Source: Octopus bimaculoides (lineage: Eukaryota). Taken from it: a stretch of 64,000 bases of DNA. The notes beneath the pieces are model-generated. The model was not told the DNA's origin, did no database searches, and saw only the letters and a list, made by a program, of their open reading frames with translations. The DNA lies in NCBI RefSeq assembly GCF_001194135.2, contig NC_068997.1, positions 46,860,068 through 46,924,067 on the forward strand, given 5' to 3'. A program made the translations under genes and the position numbers. Of the stretch, positions 38,165 through 50,202 are shown piece by piece (within the stretch, counting starts at the first letter, position 1; each line of letters starts with the position of its first letter).

Positions 38165-38935
38165 TGTATTTACTTTTCCCGCAACAATCGAAACAATTCA
38201 TCTTTAGATTTAGGTTTCTGTCGAGTTTTTCGTATAGCTCTATCTAGTATGCTCCAAAGATTTTCAATTGGGTTCATGTCAGGAGATTGGCTCGGCCAAG
38301 GAAGCTTTTTTGATCCCATTTTCAGTCAGCAATTGTTGATTCCTTTTCGCTGTGTGGTATGGAGCCCCATCTTCCATGAATAAAAACTCATTTTTCATTA
38401 TGTTATTGCTTAAGTATTTCGATGTATTTTTCAGAGTTTATGGTTGCAACGCATTCGATCAGCTCAGAACGACCATTGCTGGTGACAGCTCCCCATACCA
38501 TTACAGAGATATCGTCATGTTTCACAGTTGGTTGGAGTCGTTTCAAATCAAATTCTTGATTGGGAAGCCTCCAGACCCAAACACGTCCACTGTCTGAAAA
38601 TAATGCAAATCTGGATTCATCTGAGAAAATCACTCTATCCCAAAATGAACTGGATTTTTCTGACATCTCCTTAGCCCAATTCTTTCTTTTCATGATATCA
38701 ATTGTTTGAAGGAGAGGTTTTCTTCTAGCTGCTCGTCCATAATACCCAAGCTTATGCAGATATGTAACACACGTTCTTAGACTAACTTCTAGCTGTTTTG
38801 CAATGTCAGAAGCCTCCGAACGGGGTTCGTTTTCCACAATTCTCTTCATGCAGAGAAGCTTCCCTTCCGGGGGCCTAGGTCGGCCGGGATCAGAATCGAT
38901 TCTTTTCCATGGCTTTTGAATTGCACTATAATTCT
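38165..38935 (-). mobile_element. Tc1-family transposase remnant (DD34E)
   Basis: ORF 38403-38849 contains ARRKPLL...WDRVIFSDESRF...TVKH..SVMVWGA...INSEKYIEIL. It continues as FMEDGAPYHTAK...(1-nt frameshift)LPWPSQSPDMNPIENLWSIL. Confidence 0.95.
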
Positions 38936-39129
38936 ATTAACACACATACATGCATATGTCATATGTACATGTACACGTTTGTATACAAACACACATATAC
39001 ATAAAGTGATCGGACGTGTTAAAAGGCAAATTAAAAGACAATACTGAGGTTGTAGCTTACAAATTTAATTTCAAAGATATCAAAACGCTATATAAATTAT
39101 TCATAGGATTGTCATATTAAAAATTAAAA

Positions 39130-39275
39130 AAACTCCTTGGATTATCTATATCCATTGCTGTGAACATCTCCCTGATTAACCTTCTACATGTAACAGTTAA
39201 CCTTGCTAATAGTCTCTCTATATAAACTTTATCGGAACTGAACGAAAGCTTACGCTTTATAAATAGTTTGGTACT
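39130..39275 (+). mobile_element. Penelope-like RT fragment (C-terminal part of RT)
   Basis: LGLSISIAVNISLINLLHVTVNLANS/YKLYR/LNESLRFINS resembles the PLE consensus GLSITIExNLKxVNFLDVTFNLxxGTYKPYRKPNxxxxYIN. Confidence 0.65.
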
Positions 39276-39561
39276 TCAGCAAGATCTCTAGAAGCGGAGA
39301 TAAGAATTGTGTATCATTAAAGGTTAACAAGTACGCGGGTTAATGAACACATTTTAAAAATACATTATTGGTATAATGATAAGGTTTCAGTACGAAGTGT
39401 GTCTAAGGACATAACACGCACACAAACACACACACACACACAAAGAATACATATTCTTGTTTGTGTGATTATATATATATATATATATAAATATAAACAT
39501 ATATATGTATATATGCGTATATGTATAAGTACATATATATGTTTTTACATATATATATGTG

Positions 39562-39610
<49 letters not shown>

Positions 39611-39824
39611 ACGGTACTACTGTATCACCAGCATGCTAGAAATAGCAGTCAAAATGGCTCAAAACCACACTTTCCACTTGTTTACAAGGGTGAAATCGGG
39701 GGAACGAGCAGTAAAATTTTAAGACCCTGGTGCTACAAGTAGTACTCTTCATTATTAATTGATAATTTTGCCTCTATGCGTCTTTTACGCATGCTAGTCA
39801 CTGATATTATTGTAAATTATTAAC

Positions 39825-40152
39825 AGTAGTATTCTTGGTTTAGGACGAATGTTGCTATAATTTAATCCCAGGAGACATCATCTCCAGCAGGCTATATTTT
39901 CGAACAAGGGAATGTAGCACCCCCACTCAGCTCAAAACAATGTCTCTGTATCGCGATTTCCAGGTTATTTCCGGGTTATATCACGATACACAAATATTGT
40001 TTTGAGCTGAGTAGGTGTGCTAGATTCCCTTGTTCGAAAACATAAGGACACAGATCGTGTCGTATAGCCAGCTGGAGATGATGAATCCTGGAGATGATGA
40101 ATCCTGGAGCTAAATTACAGCAACATTCGTCCTAAACCAGGAATGCCACCTG
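39825..40152. mobile_element. palindromic (foldback) MITE, about 320 bp
   Basis: ATTCTTGGTTTAGGACGAATGTTGCT...TTTTCGAACAAGGGAAT...CTCAGCTCAAAACAAT...GTATCGCGAT is mirrored by ATCACGATAC...ATTGTTTTGAGCTGAG...ATTCCCTTGTTCGAAAA...AGCAACATTCGTCCTAAACCAGGAAT. Confidence 0.85.
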
Positions 40153-40423
40153 GAAGGCCTGCACGGCGACAGAAAGAAAATTTAATTCAGCAACTTCAAT
40201 CCAGATGGAAAAGAATACGATAATTGTGATCGTGGTGGGTGTATAGCTGCACATGATAGTCTGGGAAATGCTGTAATATTCTGATAATATATCATAGTAT
40301 CACATTATCACCCAGATTATCAGATGCAGCTATATACACCCATGATCACGTTCTGGTGTCAAATACATTTTAAAAGTATATTCTACAACTTTTACTTTCT
40401 ATATTCATCATTGTAAGCGTACA

Positions 40424-40498
<75 letters not shown>

Positions 40499-40836
40499 GT
40501 ATCGACACAAAAACTGAGAGCTTCTGTTTCACATCGCTGCGATCATCACGCAAATAAAATGGTGTGAAATTCGAGTTGCGAGTCAAACGTCCGGATTAGT
40601 TTCAATAAAAAGGATATCTTCTACATGTATTGAGTATTCCTTTCTCATTCGTTCTACATAAAGCAACATACGTGCGCGCGCGCGTGTGTATACATGTTTG
40701 TGTGTATGTGTGTGTGTGCGTGCGTGTTCGTGTGTGTGTGCTTGTGTATGTGTGCATGATACGTATGTATGCATGTATGTATTTATATGTATGAATATAT
40801 GTATATTATTCTGCGTGTGTTTGTGTGTGTGTATGT

Positions 40837-40877
<41 letters not shown>

Positions 40878-41429
40878 CATATACATATGTATGTATGTAT
40901 GTATGTATGTATATATATATATGAATGTAATGTTTAACGCTGGTTGGTAGGCAAGGACTGTGGTATATGCCGTATGATTTAATATGCCGTATGATTAAAT
41001 ATATTCTAGAATGCGCCACTTTCTCGAAATCTCATAGACTGTCTGAGTAGTCGAAAAAAGTTATGAAAGATCATTATAATATTTCTAGCCATGAAACTTG
41101 TAATCCTTTAATTCAATAATACCCAACTGCTTCATCTTATTTCTGTATAATAAAGTCTATCGCCGTATCAGTATTTCACTTGAATTTCTTAACTAAGATG
41201 GACGTAACGTACTTATCGTCTGCTAATTCAGTTCACTAGTTTTTAACGAGAGAAACTTTTATACACACATTCACACACACACACAAACACACAGACTCAC
41301 GTACATGCATACATATACACACACATACACACACATATACATACACACTCACATACGCGTACACACCAAGATGCATATATAAGCACATACGGTAATTCTA
41401 AGATTAACGTCTGAAGGCTTAGGCTTAGG

Positions 41430-41585
41430 CGTAACTGTGGAGCAAGAAGTCAGATGTTTGCTTCCTAATCACATGGTTTCGGGTTCACTTCAACTGCCTG
41501 GTTCCTTGAACAAGTGTGTACAACTGTATTTCTGGACCGAGCAATGCATTGTGTGTGGAAACTGAAAGAAGCCCATCGTATATAT
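41430..41585 (+). mobile_element. SINE family B, 5' half
   Basis: TTGCTTCCTAATCACATGGTTTCGGGTTCACTTC...CCTTGAACAAGTG...GGAAACTGAAAGAAGCCCATCGTATATA. Confidence 0.75.
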
Positions 41586-41594
41586 AAAGATAAA

Positions 41595-42090
41595 TATATA
41601 CGTGGTTTGCACAGATTGATCTTGAACTCTCCATGCGCACTAGGTTTTAACGTTTTAGCTCACTTCTGCCGTCTGCAGCAGTGCTTGGAAGGAACGTGTG
41701 TCGCGTGTGGTCGTCGCATTGACCATGACAAAGTTGAGCAGAGAATCTGCTTTAAAATTTTGCCAAAAGCTTGACGATACCTGCTCAGAGATCTATGTAA
41801 AGTTTTCAAAAAGTTTTCATTGTTTTCTGCACAGTCAAGGAGATCTTCTGCAACTGAAACCCGAGTGTCATTTTGCTCAGCTGAAAGCAGTTTTGGGCAC
41901 AAACTTGGCAGACATGCGTCTCATACTCAAATCTTCAGTGATAATGGACTGAACTGAACCGTAACTAATCTGCACATCCTCTGATACCTCACGGATGATG
42001 ATTCGACGATATCCCCTCGCAGCTGCCTGCACATCTGCGATGTTTTTCTCGGTTCTGTTGGTTGCGGGTCTCTCAGAAGACTTGAACACA
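41595..42090 (-). mobile_element. second, partial copy of the long-TIR mariner derivative
   Basis: Shares RIIIREVSEDVQISYGSVQSIITEDLSMRRMSAKFVPK and the same sense/antisense junction (near 41810) as 35877-36713. Confidence 0.9.
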
Positions 42091-42137
42091 GATCGTGCAC
42101 CTTATGGACCCTTGCATAGCTATAATCAAGTTGTAGT

Positions 42138-42445
42138 GAAGGCTCGTGGCTTCGTGTTTATGGTATTCGGCTCACAGTCGTGAGGTCGTGAGTTTGATTT
42201 GCGGCCGAGTGTTGTGTCCTTGACCAAGACACTTTATTTCACGTTGTCTTTCACCTCTCATGTGGCAAAAATGAATTGTACCTGTAATTCAAAGAGCCAG
42301 CCTTGTCTCACTCTGTGTTCACGCTGAATCCCCCTGAGACACACGTTAAGGGCACACACGTCACTTGCATGTTAATTTAACGAGCAGGCTGTTTCGTTGA
42401 TCGGATCAACTGGAGCACTCGTCGTTGTAACCGACGGAGAGCCAG
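42138..42445 (+). mobile_element. SINE family C variant (C2 body)
   Basis: Homologous to 15123-15427. Confidence 0.85.
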
Positions 42446-42479
42446 GCTAATGTGCCCTACATTTCGAAAGACGACTGAC

Positions 42480-43222
42480 TGCCTGAAAAATCAAGTTGTA
42501 TAGTCAACGTTTCCAGACATCGAACAAAACACCATACGTCTGAGTAAGTGTAAAGATTGTCAACAACAAACTCGGAAAGAAGACAAGCAAAGCCACAAGT
42601 ATTGATTTTAGTGATACCAGCACTCCTGATCTACTTGTTGAATATCAAACGCCTTCACAGAAGTTTATAAGCCAATACATTTCTTGCCATCATTCATTGC
42701 TTGCTTTCTGCCTTGTCAAAACGCCAAAAAGCTTATCAAAAGGTGAGTGACGTATTTGAATTCCTTTATCAGTAACGGGCATTTAAACCTGAAGAGACTG
42801 TAAAGAGGTCATCAAATATTGTCAAATTATCATCCGGAAGATCTGGGAAAATCTCGGTGAAGTATTGGTTTGGTTTATAGAATTGTTTAAAACTGATATC
42901 GCTTCTCAAATTAGCTCCAAACATGACCTTGTTGATATAAAGTTTGTCCGTTTGATAAATGGCTTTTCTTTGGAGTCGTATTCTCCAAATGTAGAAAATG
43001 TCTGACACATCTATTCGTCACTCGTAGTTATTAACTGTATTGGAGAACGCTCAATTTCACAAGTAGAAAGGAATTTAGAATGAACGAGGGAGCAGTAAAG
43101 GACAAACTGATTGAACAAGCTTACTGGAATGAATGTTGAACATGAATTTCTGCATGAAATAGACGCTTTCAGTATCAACGACATATGTGTTCAGGCTAGA
43201 GCTGGAAAATGTAACTTTAAAT
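42480..43222 (+). mobile_element. hAT transposase C-terminal remnant including the hATC dimerisation domain
   Basis: FLAIIHCLLSALSKRQKAYQKVSDVFEFL...LESYSPNVENV*HIYSSLVVINCIGERSISQ...MNVEHEFLHEID matches the hATC consensus FPNVxxxLRIYLSLxVTNCSGERSFSKL...SIExExL. Confidence 0.85.
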
Positions 43223-43614
43223 ATTGTAGCTTACGATCTAAGTAAAAGCAAAATGTGATTGAACATTATGTGAATTTCATTTTTATTTGAGGATGCTTAA
43301 TAATCCTTACTACAAACCTTACCCTTAGGACTCTTCTGCAACACATGCAGATACATACTTTAGCACTGCTATGCATGTATGTATGTATGTATGTATGTAT
43401 GTACGTATGTACGTATGTTTATATATATACAAATAGATAGAGGGAGAGAGAAAGAGAGACAGACAAAGAGAGGAAGAGATATATATATATAGACTGACAG
43501 ACAGACAAAGAGATAGACTGACTGATTGATTGGTTGATTGACTGATAGAAATAGGTATATATGTATATATAAAAATTCGAAAATATATATATATATATTA
43601 TATATTATATATAT

Positions 43615-43672
<58 letters not shown>

Positions 43673-44584
43673 ATTGCTTGATAGAAATAACTATCTATGT
43701 ACCTATCTATCTATATGTTTATATACATATACATTCATACGCACACGCACGCGCTCGCGCGCACACACACACACACGTACGTGTATATATATATATATAT
43801 ATATANNNNNNNNNNNNNNNNNNNNNNNNNNNNNNNNNNNNNNNNNNNNNNNNNNNATAAGGGAAAACGTTAAGAGATTTTCATATGGGTAGATTTATAA
43901 TGAAGGACAAAAAGGAGAAAATACTGCATCATAGATAATAGAAAGAATTTACATTTTATCAAAATATGCTACCGGTTTCAATCGCTTTAGTAAAACGGAA
44001 CATAAATTGGAATGTATTAAATTCATGATGTTGTTCCTGAAAGTTCACGTTTTTCTCACAAAGGTCACATGATGCAGGTAGTTCGTTTTCTTCTGATTGT
44101 TGCTGGGTCGACTACTAAATTTAGTCCGAAGTGCCAAACTGTGGGACTGAATCCGAAACCACATAATTGCAAGTGAGCTTCGTAACCACACAACCAATGG
44201 TTGTTTTTTATAGTATCTAACAGCTCTAACAGTTCGTCACCTAGTAACGATTAGAATCAACATCTCACTTTAGATGGTCTAACTATGATAATAGTTAAAA
44301 AAGTACAATACGACTACATTTTCTGTTTACATGTCTGTTTACATTCAGTTTAAGTAAATTTAGCGAAAAATAATGATTAAAGAAAAAATATATATTCTTT
44401 TACAAAAAAAAAAAGGGATAGGTATGCAAACCTGCATTAAGTAATCAACTAGTCATGTTGAACATTTATTTAAATGATCGTTATCTCAATTTGATGTGAT
44501 GGGTTTAATTTAAATATATCTCCTACTTTAAGTGTTATACTCACTAATAAAGTTTTTATACTAAATGACAACATCGAGCGATTC

Positions 44585-45020
44585 AGTTCGTTTATCTTTT
44601 ACTTGTTTAAGTCATTGGATGGCAGCCATACTGGAACACTGCCTTAAATGGTTTAAGTCGATCAAATCGACCCCAGTACTTGTCTTTTCAAGTTTGGTAG
44701 TTTTTCTATCAGTCACTTTTGATGTACCTCTAAGTTACTTATTCCATCGGTCGTTTTTTGCGTACTGCTAACTTACATGAACATAAACAAACCAACACTG
44801 GTTGTCAAGCACTGTGCGTGTAAGTTTGTGCGTGTGCGTGAACAAACACAGACACAAAGACACACACACACGTATCCATATATATATATGAAAGCTTTCG
44901 CACAGTTTCCGTTTAACAAATTCATTCACAAGTCATTGGTCGATCAAGGGTTATAAGTAAAAGACACACACCTAAGGTCCGGCACACCGGAACCGAACAC
45001 AAAACCATGTGGCTGCAAAG
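44585..45020 (-). mobile_element. SINE family B, near complete
   Basis: Tail TTTACTTGTTTAAGTCATTGGATGGCAGCCATACTGGAACAC, internal (GT)/(CA)/(TA) tract, head. Confidence 0.8.
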
Positions 45021-46623
45021 TGGATGAATACAATGAATACCATAGCTATATATAAAGTCAGAAAATGAAGCAGAAAGAAAGTCCTACCGATAGGTAGAAA
45101 CAGAAAATAGGAAAAAAAAAACCCTTAAAAGGCCCTATTCCTCTGAACCTCCTCCCACCCCCGAAAAAAAAACAATAAACACAAATGCAGATGCAATCCG
45201 AAAACTCGTCCAGTTCTTTAATCCATTTAAGTCACTATACTTACCACTCTTTTATCTCCTTCTATACGTTGGATAAACAGATTTCACTAAGTGGAGATAG
45301 ACACAATCTGTCTTCACACAGCGTACTTCTAATTACTCCACTAAACACGATACTCCAATAAATACAAACACTCAACGATCTCAATGGCTTCCTACGACTT
45401 CCACGAACACTCAACGACTCCTACGGCTTATCCTAGTCTCAACCAATACGTTACTCTTTATAAGATTTCGGCTAGAAAATTCTTTCAATCCCACAGGGGT
45501 AGCAATGACTCTCGCCACAACATATATCGTGTCATTGGCAAAATTTTTTTTTACAACTGCAGTATTTTATATCAATACCATTTCCCCTCAAAATGTCAAG
45601 TAGACTTTCAGCTAGCTTTTCAATAATATGACATTCTTTAACCCAAAACTTCATAAATCGTATGTCTGGAGTAAAATCTAATGAAACAATAATTTCTTCC
45701 CTTCCCATATGTTATCCAGTATACGGGATCTAATCAGATTTATGGATTCTTTAGATGTTATTTTAGATAGATACGATTTATATCTCTTATATTTGTTTGC
45801 ATGAGTATGTATATGCTTAGCAAGAAAATGAGCAAATTTTATTCCAGCATTACCAAGTAAGTTCTGTTATGGAGAAAGTCAATAGTTTCATAGATACCAG
45901 GGAATGAAAGAACTCGGGCTATTAAAAATTTTACAACAATATGCAAAAAGAAGTTTGTAATAATTGCAAGTACATTGTTTATTACTCTCTCTCTATCTCT
46001 CTCTCTCTCTCACTCACTAACTCACTCGTTCACTCACTCATGCAAACATACACACACATACATACATATATAAAAGAATAAAAGAATATATATATACATA
46101 TATATATATACATACATAATATATTTGTATGTGTGTGTGTATGTGTTATCTACTGTTTTTAAATAATTGATTTCTTCCTCTGAGGAAGGAGCTGGCTTCT
46201 AACAAAGATACAACGGCTCTATCAATGGAGCACTTCCCTCCTCCTCCTCCTCCTCCTCCTCCTCCTNNNNNNNNNNNNNNNNNNNNNNNNNNNNNNNNNN
46301 NNNNNNNNNNNNNNNNNNNNNNNNNNNNNNNNNNNNNNNNNNNNNNNNNNNNNNNNNNNNNNNNNNNNNNNCTACTACTACTACTACTACTACTACTACA
46401 AAAAAGTCTAACCACATCTCGTTTTTATTTGAACTTAGCTATTTTATATCGAATTATTACTATTATTATTCTTTATGGAAACGAACTGCCCGCCTAATAA
46501 CCTTTATATGAAGTAAACCAGCACAGAGTCGTAATGGAAACGAATGTAAGTGCTTCACCGTTGTTTAATTTAAACATTTGCTTAGATGCAACAAAATGTG
46601 TTAATTTTCTTTCTTCGTCATAG

Positions 46624-46656
46624 ATTTTACTCTTAAGAATGCTCAAGAATGTCCAA
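46624..46656 (+). CDS. candidate 33-nt symmetric microexon
   Basis: ttaattttctttcttcgtcatag|ATTTTACTCTTAAGAATGCTCAAGAATGTCCAA|gtaagt, open as (D)FTLKNAQECP or ILLLRMLKNVQ. Splice signals only, no homology. Confidence 0.25.
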
Positions 46657-46843
46657 GTAAGTCTTCCTCTAATTAAACATTCAGAAAAGCGTGACATCAT
46701 TGAAATGGTAAACTGAAGTAGAATGACTTTGTTTACGGAATCACATAACCGCCAACACCCCTAATATACTAGGAACCTGAAATCCTTCAGAATCAATCGG
46801 TTGTCTTTAGTATGTTGATGTTATCTACATTTAAGTTAATGCC

Positions 46844-47040
46844 TTAATCCTTTAACATTCAGATTACTCAAATCTGATGTTTATTTATTCACATTTAAAA
46901 AAAATTAATCGTGTATTATCTTGTAGCTTCGAGATTTTGAAGATGTGACTGTTTATTTTTAGATTAACATTGTAGGGTAGGTACGAGAAGCTGGATATGG
47001 CCACCGTTAACATAAAACAGGTAGAATAACTTTATAGACC
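46844..47040 (+). mobile_element. TTAA-type (piggyBac-like) MITE, partial
   Basis: Starts TTAA-TCCTTTAACATTCAGATTACTC. It is homologous to 48557-48752, which ends AATGCTAAAGGG, the inverse of CCCTTTAGCATT. Confidence 0.65.
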
Positions 47041-47436
47041 CTGATTTACTGTGTGTGCGGGGGGGGGGCGTGTGTGCGCGTATGTGCGTCTGTGTGTGTC
47101 TGTATCAGTGTGTGTCTGTGTGTATCTGTGTTTGATCTCCACTATCGCTTGACAACTGGTGTTGTAACTTAACGGTTCTGCAAAAGAGACCGATAGAATA
47201 CGTACCAGGCTTAAAAAAAGAAAATTAAAATAAGCGTTGGGCTTGATCCATTCGGCTAAAAGTTCTTCAAGTAATGAAACAAGTAAAAGAGAAACGATAA
47301 AAGATTGTCTTTAGACCTGCTTTATGCTTGCATTACTGTCTAATAACTCTTGACAGAGCTACATACAATTATCTATTCGCAAATAGTTCAATTGAAAAGA
47401 ACAAACGTATTTTATACAAATGGTGTTGAGACTTAC

Positions 47437-47503
47437 CGACTCTCATTGCGGAAGCTGCTCGAACTTGAAACTGCAAGTGTAGTTTCCATCTTTATAGCGT
47501 ATG
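47437..47503 (-). CDS. candidate internal exon, unknown protein
   Basis: ctctgtcattcatctttatag|CA TAC...AGT CG|gtaagt gives YAIKMETTLAVSSSSSFRNES(R). Confidence 0.3.
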
Positions 47504-48556
47504 CTATAAAGATGAATGACAGAGTGGTGTCATAAGGTCTCCTGTTAATTCTCTTGGTACAATGACATGTTTTCCATAATGTTCACCTTCCGTAACAATG
47601 TCGCTTTCAATCACGTGTTCATATAAATGGAGTCTTCGTTTTATTTGAAAGCCCATTAACGTTATTTAAATTTCACAATAACATTTCAACATAGCTCTTT
47701 TGCAATTGCTTTCGTTCACGTTGGGATTCTTAAATTGCTATATTTTTGTCTTTTCACTTTCTTCCCCCTGTTTTTATCTTTTTGTATCACCTTTGTTTCT
47801 TCCTTGTTTTTCTTTTCTTCTTTCAGCGATCGTTCTTTATATGTAATGTATATTTGAATGGAAGAACAAGAGTTATCTGGATATGTTCTTCAATGTTTAA
47901 TAATAGGTAATTACAGCAGTTAACAATGTATTGCTGATGAAAATGTAAATTGTCTCCCTTATCTGCTGTGACAGGGATATGTGCACAGTAATAAAAAAGG
48001 TTTTCGCGGGGGAGAAAAATAACACACACCAAAAAGAAATCCTCTCGAAAGACAATAAAAGCAATGTAGCAGAAAGGATAAATGATTTTCGGTACGTTAA
48101 AATATCTCACCGTATAACATGAATTTAAGAGCAGCGAATATAAAAAACGAAAGTGCTTTTCGCATAAATTTCTATGAAATAAATATGACACTTACATCAT
48201 AGCATTTCTTCAAGAGACGAACCTTCACCTACACACCCCACACAAAGCAGGTTAAATGTAATAAAATAAAAGTATCATTCTTGAGAAAAAAGTATCGAAG
48301 AAAACCATTTGATTTCCAGAACCCTCCACTTCGTTCCACTCTCTCGCTCTCTTTCTGCCCCTTTCCCACTCCCCATATATATATCTCTCTCATACATAAA
48401 CAGACATTGCATAAAGATGTCAAAGATGAATTGAGTTCAAATTTTTATTGAAGGTCAAGGTCAAAGTGTAACAGACACATACACAACGTTATTTGCATAA
48501 TATAGATTTATTTTTGTTATTTAACAGTGAAAATCTGACAACACCATATATACACT

Positions 48557-48752
48557 ATTCTGTCAAAAGTTGTTTATTTATTTACATCGTTTTGAATTAG
48601 TCATGCAATATATCACAGCTTCGAAATTTCGACGATGTGATTATTTCTTTTTAAAGACATTGTAAGGTAAGTGTGAGGGAGCGGATCTGACCGGTTTGAA
48701 CATAAAACATGTAGGATATTTACCGGACATAGCCAGTTTAAATGCTAAAGGG
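48557..48752 (+). mobile_element. TTAA-type (piggyBac-like) MITE, partial second copy
   Basis: Homologous to 46844-47040 and carries the 3' TIR AATGCTAAAGGG. Confidence 0.65.
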
Positions 48753-49286
48753 ACTTTTTATTTGTGCCATTGTTTTGTTTAACAACATTAGGTTAAAGTG
48801 GAAACTGTACGCAATAAAACCTTTCCTACCTTTTTAAAAATTCTGAATTGTTTAACAGTGGTTGGTTAAGATAACAGTTCTTCAAGTGCATTATAATATA
48901 TTAATAATATTCAACCGATCTTATTTATTAGAAAAATATTAATTAAGCTTAATTATCGTATGACGAATGTAATGCATCAACATAAAGAAATAGAGTGGGA
49001 AGTCTATTAATTAACATCTGACAAAAATGAATTAAATCTACCTATCTACCATTGCCGTTTCATTTGATTATTGCAANNNNNNNNNNNNNNNNNNNNNNNN
49101 NNNNNNNNNNNNNNNNNNNNNNNNNNNNNNNNNNNNNNNNNNNNNNNNNNNNNNNNNNNNNNNNNNNNNNNNNNNNNNNNNNNNNNNNNNNNNNNNNNNN
49201 NNNNNNNNNNNNNNNNNNNNNNNNNNNNNNNNNNNNNNNNNNNNNNNNNNNNNNNNNNNNNNNNNNNNNNNNNNNNNNNNNNNNNN

Positions 49287-49737
49287 CGGCAGGGCAAAAT
49301 GCTTAGTTGTCAGGCAAAATTCTTAGTCGCCGAGCAAAATGCTTAGCGGCTGAGTAAAATGCTTAGCGGCAGGGCAAAATGCGTAGTGGCCGGGCAAAAT
49401 GCTTAGTCGCCGGGCAAAATGCATAGTGGCCGGACAAAATGCTTAATCGCCGGGCAAAATGCTTAGCGGCCGGATAAAATGCTTAGCGGCAGGGCAAAAT
49501 GCGTAGTGGCCGGGAAAAATTCTTAGTCGCCGGGCAAAATGTTTAGCGGCCGGAGAAAATGCATAGTAGCATTTCGTTCGTCTTTACGGTTCTGAGTTCA
49601 TATTCCGCCGAGGTCGACTTTGCCTTTCATCCTTTCAGGATTGATAAAATAAGCATCTGTTGAGCACTGGGCATCAATTTAATCAACTTACCCCTTCTCT
49701 CAAAATTACTGGCTTTATGCCAAAATTTGAAACCAGT
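49287..49737 (+). mobile_element. SINE family A whose head contains an expanded 20-bp minisatellite
   Basis: 14 units of consensus CGGGCAAAATGCTTAGCGGC (49291-49570), then the normal B box GAGTTCATATTCC, core and tail. Confidence 0.9.
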
Positions 49738-49997
49738 ATTCAACCGATCTTATTTATTAGAAAAATATTAATTAAGCTTAATTATCGTATGACGAATGTA
49801 ATGCATCAACATAAAGAAATAGAGTGGGAAGTCTATTAATTAACATCTGACAAAAATGAATTAAATCTACCTATCTACCATTGCCGTTTCATTTGATTAT
49901 TGCAATTTGTTCAACTTAAAGTTTGTTGTAATTCAGAACTATTTCGAGATGTTCAATTAACCTTAAACATCTGCGCTGTCATTAAAGTTATAAACAA

Positions 49998-50090
49998 TTT
50001 GTCCGTGTGGTTAAAAAGCTCGCTTTGCAACCATGTGCTCTCGGGTTCGATCTTACTGCGTGGCACATTGGCCAAGTGTTTTCTACTACA
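49998..50090 (+). mobile_element. SINE family B head, truncated in the CORE-like region
   Basis: GTGTGGTTAAAAAGCTCGCTTTGCAACCATGTGCTCTCGGGTTCGATCTTACTGCGTGGCACATTGGCCAAGTGTTTTCTACTA. Confidence 0.8.
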
Positions 50091-50108
50091 GTAAGTGTTT
50101 TTTTTACT

Positions 50109-50189
50109 TCGATCACCGAAGTTAACCAACGTCGAGCTTAGTTAGTACTAAGATGGGTGACTGATTGGGAAACCTAGGTGATGGTAAGT
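50109..50189 (+). pseudogene. 5'-truncated 5S rRNA copy (3' two-thirds)
   Basis: CGATCACCGAAGTTAACCAACGTCGAGCTTAGTTAGTACTAAGATGGGTGACTGATTGGGAAACCTAGGTGATGGTAAG aligns to the recalled invertebrate 5S (CGATCACCGAAGTTAAGCAACGTCGAGCCCGGTTAGTACTTGGATGGGTGACCGCCTGGGAATACCGGGTG). The first 40 or so nt are absent. Confidence 0.9.
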
Positions 50190-50202
50190 GTCTTAATTAA
50201 GC

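Noticed and set aside
49287-49570. Regular short-repeat array as a possible CRISPR
   Set aside because: Units are contiguous with no unique spacers, derive from a SINE head, and have no cas genes nearby in a eukaryotic context.
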